From NCBI GenBank assembly GCA_965240325.2, contig OZ251231.1, positions 2,480,001-2,544,000 on the forward strand: a stretch of DNA of 64,000 nt, written 5' to 3'. Position numbers and translations under genes: made by a program. Each line of letters begins with the position of its first letter. Position 1 is the stretch's first letter. Below are positions 11,260 to 22,825 of this stretch, piece by piece. This DNA is from Rebecca billardiae RCC1528 (taxonomy: Eukaryota; Protista; Haptophyta). Below the pieces are notes generated by a model. That model saw nothing but the letters and a program-made list of their open reading frames with translations, was not told where the DNA came from and ran no database searches.

Positions 11260-13648
11260 ATGCCATTTGCATGCATCTGCGTGGCAGTGGCTATGGCCAG
11301 CCCCAGCGTCCGGCCCGGGCAGGCTTGGTCCGCGCAGCTCAGCTGCCCAGTCTTCTTCGAGACGTGCGGCGGCTTCACCAACCAGCGCATCTCTCTCATC
11401 CACGGTGCGCACAGCGAGGGGCTCGAGTGGGGTGAGCGAGCGCTCCGCCGACCGAATGCGCCCGTCCGCTCCGCTCACGCGCGCGCCCCGTGCGCGCCCC
11501 GCAGGGCTGCTGGTGGCACACGTGACGAACCGAGTCGCGGTGCTCCCCAACCTGAACGGGAACGGCGAGCAGAACGCATCGGACGGCTACTCCGAGGCCG
11601 GCGCGAACGCGCTCCCGTTCGCCGCGTTCTACGCGGAGGAGGAGACGATCGCCCGCCTCGCCGCGATCGGCGTGCGCGCCCAGCCGCTGAGCGCCGTGAG
11701 GCGGCCGGCGAGCGTGCAGCGCGTTGCCGTGAAGCAGATGAGGATGGGCCGCGAGCAACAGGACTGGCGGAGCCGCTTCGGCGTGTCCGGCGGCGGGTGC
11801 TCGCCGATCGCGCTGGACTGCACGATCTTTGCCGTCGACGTCAAGTCGAGCCAGAAGCTCCGCCGCCTGCTCTGGCGCATCGATGCGGCGCTCGTGCCAT
11901 CCGAGCGCGTGCGCGCGCAGGCCGCGCAAATGGAGGCGCGGCTGCGCGCGCGGCCGGGCGCGCAGCACGGCTTCACCGCGCTGCACCTGCGCATCGAGGA
12001 GGACTGGCGCGAGCACTGCAGCCGATGGACGAACGTGCGCGCGGGCCGGGACAACTGCGACTCCAACTCCGAGCAGCTGCACCGCGTCCTCGCCATCGAG
12101 CGCGTGCCGCCCAACCGCACCGTGTACCTGGCGGGGCAGGTCTTTGACGGCGCGCTGCGCTCGATGCGCCAGTTCGACGCGCTGCGCGCGCGGTATGACG
12201 TGGTGGCGAAGGGCGGCGCGGGGATCGGGCCCGAGGACGCGTCGGACTTTGGGGCACGGCGCGAGCTGCACGCGGCGGTGGACTACCTGCTCTGCTCGCG
12301 CGCCGACCACTTCATCGGCAACTCCGTCTCCACCATGTCGGCGCAGCTGCTGCTCAGCCGCAGGTCGGCGCGGACGCGCGCCAACGCGTCCGCTGGCGGC
12401 TCGCGGACGCGGCCCGCGGGCCGGTGGGCGCTGCGGGACTTCCACTACAACGGCGGTAGCATCCCACTCGAGGAGGTGCTGCTCGGCTCCGACGCGGCCA
12501 AGCGCGAGGTGCTCCGCCGTGCCGAGCTGCGCACGTGGGCCTTTGTGGCGACCGACGGCCCGCCGGACGAGCTCACGCGCACCGCGGTGCTCTCGGCACT
12601 GCGCCACACGGCGCTCTCGCCCGTCTGCCTCTTCCTCGGCTCGCGCACGAGCGCGATGGCGCGCTGGCTCGAGTCGCACGACGTCGTGATGCTGTACCAC
12701 ACGCCCGCATGGGCGCCGCAGCTCTGCGCCGCGGCCAGCCGCGACGCGGGCACGAAGCAGCGCGCGCCGCAGGGCGCGCGCGCTCAGTCGTACGCGCGGC
12801 TGCTCGCCCAGCTGGCGCGCGTCGAGCTGCCCACGCTCGGATTCGTCGACCCGTTCATCCTGTACACGGACACGGACGTGCTCTTCGTGCGCAACCCGAC
12901 GCTCGAGATGTTCGGCCCGCTGCCCAGCTACTACTCGATCGGCGTCAAGCCCGAGCAGCTGCGCCCCGCGTGCACGAAGCGCTCGAGCTTCCTGCTGCCA
13001 GAGCAGGCGGAGCCACACGGGCCGCACCGCACCAGCTGGCTCAAGAGCGCCGGGTGCAAAGCGGACCCGCACCAGCCGGCCGGCAGCCTCGGCGTGATGC
13101 TCCTCCACACGCCGATGATGCGCCGGATGCACCCGACCTTCGTGAAGCACGCCTTCTCCGGCACGATGGTGAGGCACATCGCCCTCGCCGCCACGAAGGC
13201 GCACCTGCGCGATCAGGAGCAGAGGATCTTTCCAAAAGAGTTCTTGGGCCGCGCGCTCGTGCGCGCTGCGCCCGCGCTCAACTGGATGCCGATCTGGGGC
13301 GTGAACGAGTCGGCGGTGATCGCGCACTTCCACGGGGCCAAACCCGCCGACTACCGCCGCGCGCATGACAGCATCCGCGCGGCGTACGGCTCGGTGCGCA
13401 GCGAGGACGTCGGCCGGTTCCACTGGGCGCAGTACTGGCAGGGTGCGGGTGCGGCCAGCCCGCACGCGGCGCATTCGGCCGTGCAGCTCTGCTTGCTACG
13501 CGCTGGCTGCTACGACTTTGTCACGCGCTGGTACGATGCTGGGCAGGAGCATCATGGCGCAGATGGTGCTCCGAGCCCCGAGCACGGCGCGATGGCGTCG
13601 TCGCCTGCTGCGCCCTCGATCGCAAGCAGCTGTCAGACCACGCCCTAG
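11260..13648 (+). CDS. O-fucosyltransferase-like domain fused to a GT8-like (DxD) glycosyltransferase domain; intron 11405-11504
   Basis: GGFTNQRISLIHG|LLVAHVTNRVAVLP, LHLRIEEDW and DYLLCSRADHFIGNSVSTMS fit the POFUT/O-FucT fold. The C-half has ILYTDTDVLF, GVMLL, LNWMPIWG and HFHGAKP (GT-A/GT8-like). Hydrophobic N-terminus. Confidence 0.75.
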
Positions 13649-14564
13649 CAGGAGCAGCAAGTAAGCGGCTGCTGATGACGTGATGGCGATGCAGTCAATA
13701 GTCATGCAGACGACGACGACGGACGACGTCAGTTGCCATCGCGAACTACGTACTGCTCGCGCGCGGTCGCGACATCATCAGGCAGTCCGTCCGTGTCGTC
13801 ATCTGATTCTACTTGTAATCGCGGTCATGAATAAACATGGCGCGCTGCGCTGCCAGATGATATGATGTGATGATATGAATATATATAATATATATCCGCC
13901 GACGATATTATATTGATATGCGGACGATATTGAATCGCGTCGATCGTCAGACGACTCATTGACGTCACTCGACCTCGTGTCTCGTCAGCGCGACGTCGTC
14001 ATCAGCAGCTACTGTGCCACGCCCGGCGGGAATGGTCGTCAGTGATGCTGTTACTCACTCATCTGTCACTCGTCATCAGAGTCGTCAGTCATCATCATCA
14101 TTCAGTCCACCGCCCTGGCAGCAGCCGGTAAGGTCGCGCCCGCGCCGAGCTCGGAGCTGCGTACTCATTAGCAGCTGCAAGTCGTCATCATTCATCGTCG
14201 TCTCACTACTCGTCATCCGCCGACGGCCGAGTCGTCCGCCGCCAGCCGCCAGGCGGCCGTGAGTGGGCCAGGGTCGTCAGGGCGCGGTCATCAGCCACAT
14301 GCGCTCTTGATCGTTGTCATCCGGGCGCGCGACGAGCGCTCGATAGCCTCGCGCACGCCTTCGTAGCTCGCCAGCACGCTCATCACGATGGCATTGCATC
14401 AGCAGCACGTGCAGCACGTGCAGCAACCTTGGGTCGTCAGCATCGTCATCATCATCATCATCACGCGGGTGCAGCCACACACAGCGAGTGCGTGCGTTCG
14501 GCGCAGCGCACAATCATAACAACCATCCTTCATCAGCCACCATCGGCACCATGGTAGGCGCTCA

Positions 14565-17500
14565 TCACACGGTTGAGTCGACGCTCACAGGGGGGTCCAT
14601 CGGATCGTAGTTGAGCGCGACCACCCGGTGCATAGGGCTGCCTTGGTGTCCGGCGGGCGCGTCGTCCGAGTCCTTGAGTGCCGGGTGCGCGCGCTGCAGC
14701 TCGGCGAGCAGCTCCTGGAGGAAGGCCTTCGTCTGGCTGACGGCGGGTAGCGTCGCTCGGATGTGCATGCGCACCCTGCGCGCGAGGCAGAGATGCAGAA
14801 TGGCGCGCATCGCGGGGCCATGGCTCAGTCGTGCGGCGGGGCCGCGCGCGCGCCGTGGGCGCACCGGCCCGGGATGGGCGCCATGGGCCGGGCGCGTTGC
14901 AGCGCGCGCGCTTACGGCTGGTCCAGATGTGCGAGATAGCCGAGTGCGAACATGAGCGCCTGTACGACGGCGACTAGGAGCACCCAGTTCATGCCACGCC
15001 GCCCCATGTCCACGAAGCACGCGCCGTACGCCAGCATCGTCGCGTTGGACACGAGGAACAGCCAGGTGCCATGTGAGAGCCGCGCAAGCTCGAGCACGGA
15101 GCGGCGCGCTCGCGCCGTGCCCACCTCGCCGACTGCGTCCAGAGCGCGCTCGAGCAGCAGGCCATCAGAGTGCGCGGCGGCCCGGGCGTGCGCGGCCGCC
15201 GCTGCGCCGGCATCCGGCGGCGGGATGCCCGCCGCCGTGCTCGCCGCCTTAAGCTGCGGCAGCAGCGCCAGCAGGCCCTGCGTGTCAGCTGCCCACGTGC
15301 CGTGCGCGTACGCGCCCGCGGCGACGCGCGTCTGTAGCCGGTGGCAGTGGCCGAGGAGCTCGACGTAGCAGCGGTGCTGGGTGGATGCGACGGCGTCCGT
15401 GGGCGGCGTTGGGCCAGCTGTCTTGACCAGCATCGCGATGCGCTGCACCGCGCCGACCTCGTCCGCGACGGCGGCGCGCAGCTCCGCCGCGCGCCGCTCG
15501 AGGCTGAGCACGAGCACCACCCAGGCCGCCCCAAACACGGCGCCCAGCACGCCGAGGTTGACGAGCAGGCCCTTGGAGGTCGCGCCGAGCATGAAGCGGA
15601 AGATGTCGAGCGTGAACCAGAGCAGCACGATCACGACGGCGTACATCAACACCGCCGCCGCGTGCGGGCTGAGCGCGCAGAACGTGAGCGGCCCCTGCTC
15701 GTGCGCGTCGCCAAGGTCGGCAGAGACGACGGCGTACCGGCTGAGCGCGCACAGCTGGCCGAGCCACGCGCGGCCCGCTGCCGTGCACAGCACGGCCGTG
15801 GCGAGCGCGGCGAGGATGATGGCGATCATGACGGCGCCCGTCGCCCAGCGTACGGTGTTTCGATAGCGCAGCATCGCTTGCGCCCCCATGCGGCCGCACT
15901 TGCGCTCGCGCTCCTGCGCCTCAAGCTCGGCCTCTGCGCGCGCAAGCCTCGCCTCCTCGGGCGGCAGGTGGCGCGTGCGCTTGCCTTTGTTCGGGCACGA
16001 CTGCACGGGCGAGACCATCCCGTCGCTGAAGGAGCCCGGCGTGCCGCGGAAGCAACCGAGCACGTACGGCGCGTTCGGCGTGGCGTAGTACCGGTACTGC
16101 CCGTCCGAGCCGATTTTGCCGTTGCACCTGCGCGGCAGTGCGTGCGTGGACCGGAGGCGTGCGGCCGCAGCGCAAACGCGTGAGCAGCTGGGTGCGTGCG
16201 GGCTGTGCCATCCGCGCGCGCGCGGGCGGGGTACGCACTCGTCAAGCGTGGGCATGAGCGTGGAGGTCGAGCCATTGTTCGCGTGCATCGACACCATCAG
16301 CACGCCCTCCTCGTCGTATGGCCCCATGATTGGGAAGCCGTCGAGTGCCCAGCCGATCAGCGGCGACGGCTCTGACTCGGCGTCCCAGCTGGCGACGAGG
16401 TCCGCGTCGTCCGTCGCCTTCCACCAGTCCTTGCTCTTGGGCACGGAGATGCCGAGCTGCTCGAAGAGGCAGCGCGCCGCGCCGTGGTAGTGGTACACGT
16501 GGTCGGTCGAGTCGATATGCCCGCCGCACTCGTCGAAGTACTTGTCGAGCGTGAGCACCCACTTGCCCGTCTGCGCGTTCAGCCGGCGATGGCGCGACAT
16601 GAACGGGACGCCGTTCACCGCGACGCCGAGCGGCACGCGGTGCGTGAGCGGCGTCGGTTCCGAGCGGTAGCGCGGGTAGTTTGGCAGCGTGAACGTGAGG
16701 TCTTGCGCGGTCGGCGTGTATTTGCCCAGCTTGAAGCTGCCGTCCTCCGGGTTGACGATCGGGCCGTCGCGCTCTGAGTACTTGTGGTCGGGGCAGCTGT
16801 CCGAGCTGAACACAAAGGTCGTCTTGGTCGAGGAAGCAGTCACCGCGTCGTGCATGCACATGTTGTTGGCGAGCACGGTGGACGAGTTGACCGTGGCGTT
16901 CGGCGCGGAGCAGATAACGGAGAGCGCGGGCACGACCGGCTCAGCGCACTCGGGGTCGGCATGGGCGCGTGCCTGGGCGTCCGTGTAGCCGGGCGGCGTG
17001 ATGTACTGGTAGTAGCAGAGGTCCATGAATGCGGACTTGTCGTTGCCGCAGTCGCTGCAGCCGCACCCACAGCCGCACCCGCAGCTGCCACAGCCGGAAC
17101 CGCACCCACAGCCTCCGCAACCACAGCTGCACCCACAGCCGCAGCCTCCACAGCCGCCGCAGCCGCCGCAACCTCCGCAGCCGCCGCAGCCGCCGCAGCC
17201 GCCGCAGCCGCCGCAGCCGCCGCAGCCGCCGCTGCCGCCGCAGCCGCTGCCGCACAGGCTGTCACATCCACTGCCGCAGCCGCTGCCGCAGCCACTGCCG
17301 CACCCGCTGCTGCAGCCGCTGCCGCACCCGCTGCCGCACCCGCTGCCGCACCCGCTGCTGCAGCCGCTACCGCACCCGCTGCCGCAGCCGCTGCCGCAGC
17401 CTCCGCACGTGCCGTTGTCGCCGGAGCTGCCGCAGCTTCCACACCCACCACAGCTGCCGCAGCCGCTGCCGCACCCGCTGCCGCACCCGCTGCCGCAGCC

Positions 17501-17827
17501 TCCGCACGTGCCGTTGCTGCCGGAGCTGCCGCAGCTGCCGCAGCTTCCACACCCACCACAGCTGCCGCAGCCACCACAGCTGCCGCAACCAGTACCATTG
17601 CTTGTCCCACAGCTGCCGCAGCTGCCACACCCACCACCACAGCCGCCGCAGCTCCCGCAGTAGCTGCTGCCGCAGCCGCCGCAGCTCCCGCAGGTCGCGT
17701 TGCCGGTGATGTTCAGGCTGCCGCAGCTCCCGCAGCTGCCGCACGTCGAGCCGCAGCCATCGGCTTGGACATGGTCGAGAACGAGGGCCAAAAGGACCAG
17801 GGTCGCGAGCGCGAGCGTACAGCGCAT
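14565..17827 (-). CDS. Signal peptide + Cys/Gly/Ser repeat + YHYH domain + coiled coil + multi-TM DUF4239-like domain; introns 16128-16238 and 14776-14915
   Basis: Signal [22 protein letters not shown], then ~65 Cys in CGS/CGSG/CGG/CG repeats. YHYH-family motifs [15 protein letters not shown]...[25 protein letters not shown]|CNG...YRYYAT..PY..GCFRG. C-terminal TM pairs end in LDQP|VRMH. Confidence 0.8.
17048..17757 (-). repeat. Coding Cys-Gly-Ser tandem repeat array
   Basis: Repeated ccgcag/gctgccgca units on the + strand; 9-, 12- and 6-nt periodic blocks. Confidence 0.95.
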
Positions 17828-18112
17828 GTCCTTCACGTTGGAGTGCGTCGCGTGGACGGGCCGGTCTCGACGAGCTCTTCCGCGCGGCGTGCGCTCTTCC
17901 GCTCGTGATTGTGGCCGTTTGTGCGGCCGTGCAGGTTCTAGGATGCTTCGTGTCGATCTCCAAATACGCTCCGAAGGTGGCCGGAATCTGCCGGCCGAGC
18001 TTCTTGCGATGAAATTGTTTGTAACCTAAATACTCACCCAAGTAATCTCATCCACAATTTTTCCGCGCGTCAGACGCCTCAGCGTGACCAAAACCGAGAC
18101 GCTGGCGAGCGG

Positions 18113-20020
18113 TCAAGCGCGTCGGCTCGCGCTGCGCTGACGCGGCAGCTGGCTGTCCAGCACGGCCCGGATGGCCACCGGTGTGAAGAGGTCGCTCATG
18201 ATCGGTGCGGCCCCGACGGTGTGCACGAGCTTGTCGGCGGGGCTGTTCGGATGGTCGAGGTACGGCAGCGGCTTGATCTCTCGCGCGCCGGTGCAGCGCC
18301 GGCTGCCAGGGCCGCACTCGGCGGGGTTGTACCGCGGGTCGGGGCACGCCGATGCGCGCGAGACGATGGGCTGGCCCGTGCGGTCGTGCGCGCGCATCAG
18401 CTCGCAGTACAGGTCGCACAGCTGGCACATGCGCGTCGAGCGGTGCACGCTCCACAGCTGCGATAGGCGCGTATAGCTCGGGTCGAGCACCGAGTCGTCG
18501 TCGCGCCACGCGAGGTACTTTCGGTACTCGTCCGGATGCCGGTCGAGATGCAGCAGGTACTCGGCGAGCGCCTTTGGCGAGTCGAAGTTGTGCGCGTTGA
18601 TCACCCACGGCGCGCGCGTCGAGATGGCGACCTTCTCGACGAGCGGCGAGCCGAGGTAGACGGGGACGACGCCGAGGCCCATCGGGTTGAAGACCTTCTC
18701 GGAGACGTAGCCCTCGCAGCGCACGCGCTCGAACGAGAGGTGGAACTTGTAGTGCATCAGGTGGCTCGTCACCACCTTGTCGCGCTCCTTCTCCGTCGCG
18801 TCCGCGCCGAGCGGGCACGGCTCTGAGATGTTGAACCGCTCCTTCTTCGGCTTGCTGTCGCATGGCAGGTCGACGTTGTGGTTGCACATGCCCATGCGCG
18901 CGACGGGGATGTACCGCTCGAGCTCGGTGATGTACGCGTCCCGCCCCGAGTACTCCTCGCAGTCGCTCACGAGCGACGAGACGAGCCACTTCCGCTCCTC
19001 GACCGGCACGATCTTGCGCTTGCGCAGGTGCTCGATCGACGGCAGGAAGGCCGGGCACACGATGTCCGCCGTGTACAGGTCGTAGCCGACGGTGGCGTTG
19101 AAGGCGCGCTGCGCGAAGAGCGGCAGGGCGGTGATGTCGCGGTTGTACAGCACCCACAGCTGCCGCGCGGGCTGCGACGGCGGCACCACGCCCGTCTCCT
19201 GCATGTGCCTGCGGAAGGCGTGCGCGTGCTGGCTCTCGTTCACGCCAGTCTCGACCGCCGAGGTCGGCAGCCGGTTGCGCGTGACGTACTGCTGCGCTGC
19301 GTGGTGCACGAGGAAGCCGTACGCGACCCAGACGTCCGCGCGCGCCGCCTCGGCCGAGCCCGCCTCCGCCATCGCGATCTGGCACGCGTCATCCACCTCC
19401 TTGCACTGCTCGTCTTTGCATGCGCTCTTCTCCGGGATGCAGCGGCGGAAGCCAGAGCCCGCGGCGGGCACCCACGCGTTGTCCACCTTGGTGCCCATGC
19501 GCAGCTTCGGGTGGAGGACGATGCGGGTGGGCTGTGGCCGGTGGCATGAGAGCGGCTCGTCGAGGAAGCCGCGCTCCGCGCGGAGCTCCGCAAGCGTCCC
19601 TTTACTCGCCCACTCAAGGCCCGAGCGTTCTCGCGCGGCGAGTGTTGTCGGCGCGGCGGCCGCCGCAGGCTCGGGAGCCGGGACGCGTTCCTGCTGCGTG
19701 CTAGCGGTGGCGGAAGGCGCGCTGGGCTGAGGATCGGTGCGCGCGGCCTCCTCTGCCCGCTCCGATCGGCGCCCGTCGCCGCTGCGCGCGGCTGCGCCCG
19801 TCTCCGCCGCGGGCGCATCCGGGATGCCCTGCATTGCACGGATGAGCGTCTCGTCCGCCTGCGAGAGCGTAGCGCGCTCCTCGCCCGCGGAGGCGTGCGC
19901 AGCCGTCTCGATGCTATCGCTCGAGCGCACCACCGGCCGTATGAGCTGCACGGTGAGCATCAGGCACACCACCGCCACGAGCCCCAAGGCATAGAGCAGC
20001 CGCGAAGCGGCGGCCGCCAT
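18113..20020 (-). CDS. GT10 alpha-1,3/4-fucosyltransferase-like protein, type II membrane
   Basis: GT10 motif HYKFHLSFERVRCEGYVSEKVFNPMGLGVVPVYLG and INAHNFDSPKALAEYLLHLDRHPDEYRKYLAWR. N-terminal TM LLYALGLVAVVCLMLTV. Confidence 0.88.
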   Translation of the reverse strand: MAAAASRLLYALGLVAVVCLMLTVQLIRPVVRSSDSIETAAHASAGEERATLSQADETLIRAMQGIPDAPAAETGAAARSGDGRRSERAEEAARTDPQPSAPSATASTQQERVPAPEPAAAAAPTTLAARERSGLEWASKGTLAELRAERGFLDEPLSCHRPQPTRIVLHPKLRMGTKVDNAWVPAAGSGFRRCIPEKSACKDEQCKEVDDACQIAMAEAGSAEAARADVWVAYGFLVHHAAQQYVTRNRLPTSAVETGVNESQHAHAFRRHMQETGVVPPSQPARQLWVLYNRDITALPLFAQRAFNATVGYDLYTADIVCPAFLPSIEHLRKRKIVPVEERKWLVSSLVSDCEEYSGRDAYITELERYIPVARMGMCNHNVDLPCDSKPKKERFNISEPCPLGADATEKERDKVVTSHLMHYKFHLSFERVRCEGYVSEKVFNPMGLGVVPVYLGSPLVEKVAISTRAPWVINAHNFDSPKALAEYLLHLDRHPDEYRKYLAWRDDDSVLDPSYTRLSQLWSVHRSTRMCQLCDLYCELMRAHDRTGQPIVSRASACPDPRYNPAECGPGSRRCTGAREIKPLPYLDHPNSPADKLVHTVGAAPIMSDLFTPVAIRAVLDSQLPRQRSASRRA

Positions 20021-20126
20021 GCTGCTGCGTCCAGTACAGGTCTGTACAGCAGTGAAAATAGTCGCGTAGTACGTAAAGATTAAGGTGAGCAGCGCGGGCG
20101 CGGGCGCGCGGCCCCCCCCCCGTGCG

Positions 20127-21182
20127 ATGGCGGGGGAGACGCTCGAGTGTCGTATCTGCCTCGAAAGCGATTTGGCCCGCAACCTCATCGCGCCGTGTGA
20201 CTGTGATGGCAGCGTGCGATGGACGCACCCAGACTGCCTGCGCAAGTGGGCTGTCGAGACCAGAAGAACGCAGTGCGAGATCTGCCACGGAAACTATAGG
20301 GGGCTCGGGGCGGATGAGGTAGTGCTCGACGTGCACATGGCGAACATCGCCGACCGTGCGGCCGAGGCGGAGGACCTTTTCTCGGACCACATGCTACGCG
20401 AGCGCTTCTTCCGCGGCCGCACAGACGACGTCTTCCACGAGCAGGAGGCGCTGTACAATCGTTCGCGCTCGTCGCTCGGCGTCATGCTCATCATTGTCTT
20501 CCTCATGTTCGTTGTGACCACCAGGCCGCGGCACGAGATGCAGGCCATCAGGCGTAACGCGCTGATGCAGCGCCTCGCGCGCGCTCGGCGCGCCAACGCG
20601 ACGAACGCGACGGCCGTGCAGATCGGCTCGGCCGCGGGGCCATGGCCCGGTGGCTCTGGCGCAAGCGACGAGTACGGCCACCCGGCCCACCCCGTGCAGC
20701 TGCGGGACCCGTTCGGTGACAGCGCCCTCGACGCGGAGCTGAACGGCGAGTCAGTCAGCCTGCGCGCCGCCAAGCAGCGCTTCGCCGACGAGTTTGGTGA
20801 GCCTGTGAACGGGAGCGGCCTGGACGGCGCGATTGTGCCGCGCCACGCTGCACGGCCGCACGCTGAGCTGGACGACCCGCGCCTGGCCGCGCTCACGCCG
20901 GCCCAGCAGCGCGCGTGGCGGCAGCGGTACATTCACGACTACTACGCGCGCAGGCGGCCGGCCGATGTGATCTGGGAGGCGCTCATGCGCGGCTTTTTCA
21001 TCGTGCTCATGCTGCGCCTTATCCTGATCCGCGCGCGCCAGCTGCGCGAGGGCCAGGCTGGCATGCACTTTGACTATGACGGCGTCGACTTTGCCGATCG
21101 AATGTTTAACAACCACCACGAGCCGATGGTTGTGCGCCACTTCAATGCGAACAGGCGAGCAGGTGCTTACATCCTCGTCTGA
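20127..21182 (+). CDS. RING-CH (RINGv/MARCH-type) E3 ubiquitin ligase with two TM segments
   Basis: CRICLE...LIAPCDCDGSVRWTHPDCLRKW...CEIC. TMs LGVMLIIVFLMFVV and GFFIVLMLRLILI. Confidence 0.88.
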   Translation: MAGETLECRICLESDLARNLIAPCDCDGSVRWTHPDCLRKWAVETRRTQCEICHGNYRGLGADEVVLDVHMANIADRAAEAEDLFSDHMLRERFFRGRTDDVFHEQEALYNRSRSSLGVMLIIVFLMFVVTTRPRHEMQAIRRNALMQRLARARRANATNATAVQIGSAAGPWPGGSGASDEYGHPAHPVQLRDPFGDSALDAELNGESVSLRAAKQRFADEFGEPVNGSGLDGAIVPRHAARPHAELDDPRLAALTPAQQRAWRQRYIHDYYARRRPADVIWEALMRGFFIVLMLRLILIRARQLREGQAGMHFDYDGVDFADRMFNNHHEPMVVRHFNANRRAGAYILV

Positions 21183-21535
21183 GTCGGCCCGCGGGCCGCC
21201 GAGCGCCCCGCGCGGTGTCACAGTCCAGCCGGTTTTGCAATCATCACTCATGTGAGATCATAATCAGTGAGTTGACTGTAGATCTGGATATTGTATCTGT
21301 CACAGGCGTATACTGTAGCCGAGTAGTGCACCGCAGCAACCTTAGCCGGGCGTGGCGTGCGCACAGAGCGACTGGGCTCGCTTCCCAAGCAACGGTAGTC
21401 GTAGTAGTAGTGAGTAGACCACCATCGTCCGGAATGCCGACTTTGCTATGGCGGAATCCGGATGTCGTCGACTCGTCGTATTATTCGACCGCCATCATTC
21501 GATCTCCAATAATATTCGGCCAACGGCGGTGCGCG

Positions 21536-22825
21536 ATGCTCGCGGCCGCCTGCCCTCTCCTCGCGGCCGTGCTGGCCTCGACGTGCGTCTCATCCGAGGC
21601 GGAGGCCTGTCGCTCGATCCGGTGGCTCTTCACGCCGTACAGCTGCAGTGCCTTTGCGCAGAGCTTCTGGGAGACCACGCCGCTGCTGGTGAAGCGCTCA
21701 GCTGAGCCAGTGTGGGCGCCGCCTGACGCAGCACGCCCGCAGGCACTGCTCAGCACAGATGGCTTGAGGGAGGTCCTGCGCCGGTGGCACGTGCGCGTGC
21801 AGCAGGACCACGGCCAGGTGGTATTTGTTCGTCCGGATAGCTTCGTGCACGACGAGGCCATCCTCGCTGTGGGCGAGCGCGTGACCGAGCACGCACTTGA
21901 AGCTGCGCTCGAGGCGGGCGACACGGTTGTTTTGCACAACGCTGAGCTGTACTGGCCGCCGCTCACGCACCTCTCCCTGGCGCTCGGCGAGTACTGGCAG
22001 ATGTACGCGCAGTGTAACGTGTACTACTCGCCTCCCGCCGTCGAGCGCGCCGTGAGCGCGCACCAGGACGCGCAGTCCGTCTTCATCGTGCAGCTCGAGG
22101 GCCGAAAGCGCTTCAGCCTGCACGCGCCGCCCGAGCGCTGGATGCTCAAGCAGCAGCAGCGCGGCAAGGGGCGGGACAGGCTGCAGGAGGAGGACCTGGG
22201 CGAGGCGTTGCTCGACGCGGTGCTCGACCCCGGCGACGTGCTCTTCATCCCCCGCGGCGTGGTGCACCGCACCTCGACCGCTGACAGCCGCGTGCGCTCG
22301 CTCCACGTGACAGTCGGCGTCGAGACCGAGACGGACGGGCTGCTGTGGGGCTCGGTGCTCGCGGCGGCGCTGAACGTGACGCACGGGCTCGAGGCGGCAC
22401 GCGCGGTGGGCAGCGCGACGCTCCGCGTGGAGCCGCTGCGCAAGGCACTCGGCAGAGGCCTCGTCCGCTCGGGCAGCCACGGCGCGGTACACGCTGACGG
22501 CCGGCTTGAGATCGAGCTGCGCGCCGCCCTCGATGCCGCTCGTGACGCGGGCGCTCTGACCGCCGTGCCCGATGCGGACGAGGATCGAGTGTTGCACGCG
22601 CTGGGCGGCCCGCTCCGTGAGCGCGCCCGGTTCCTCGACTCCAAGCGCGAGCAGCTGTTGAGCTTCGGACGGCTGCGAGGGGAGACGGAGCTCGCTGCGA
22701 GCCAGGACTGGCCTACGGAGGCGAGATGGGCGCACGAGCAGGTGCTTGCGCTGGGACGCGCTACGCCTACAGCCGCCGCCGGGTCAGAGGTCACTGCTTC
22801 GCCTTCCGTGGACGATTGGCGGTGA
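21536..22825 (+). CDS. JmjC/cupin-4 2-oxoglutarate oxygenase (NO66/MINA/ROX-like)
   Basis: FAQSFWETTPLLVKR, CNVYYSPP, HQD (HxD) in SAHQDAQSVFIVQLEGRKRF, LDPGDVLFIPRGVVH, SLHVTVG. Confidence 0.88.
   Translation: MLAAACPLLAAVLASTCVSSEAEACRSIRWLFTPYSCSAFAQSFWETTPLLVKRSAEPVWAPPDAARPQALLSTDGLREVLRRWHVRVQQDHGQVVFVRPDSFVHDEAILAVGERVTEHALEAALEAGDTVVLHNAELYWPPLTHLSLALGEYWQMYAQCNVYYSPPAVERAVSAHQDAQSVFIVQLEGRKRFSLHAPPERWMLKQQQRGKGRDRLQEEDLGEALLDAVLDPGDVLFIPRGVVHRTSTADSRVRSLHVTVGVETETDGLLWGSVLAAALNVTHGLEAARAVGSATLRVEPLRKALGRGLVRSGSHGAVHADGRLEIELRAALDAARDAGALTAVPDADEDRVLHALGGPLRERARFLDSKREQLLSFGRLRGETELAASQDWPTEARWAHEQVLALGRATPTAAAGSEVTASPSVDDWR

Noticed and set aside
17025-17908. Pro/Gln-rich and poly-Ala ORFs over the Cys array
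   Set aside because: Other frames of the same repeat; only the Cys frame has a signal peptide and continues into the YHYH domain.
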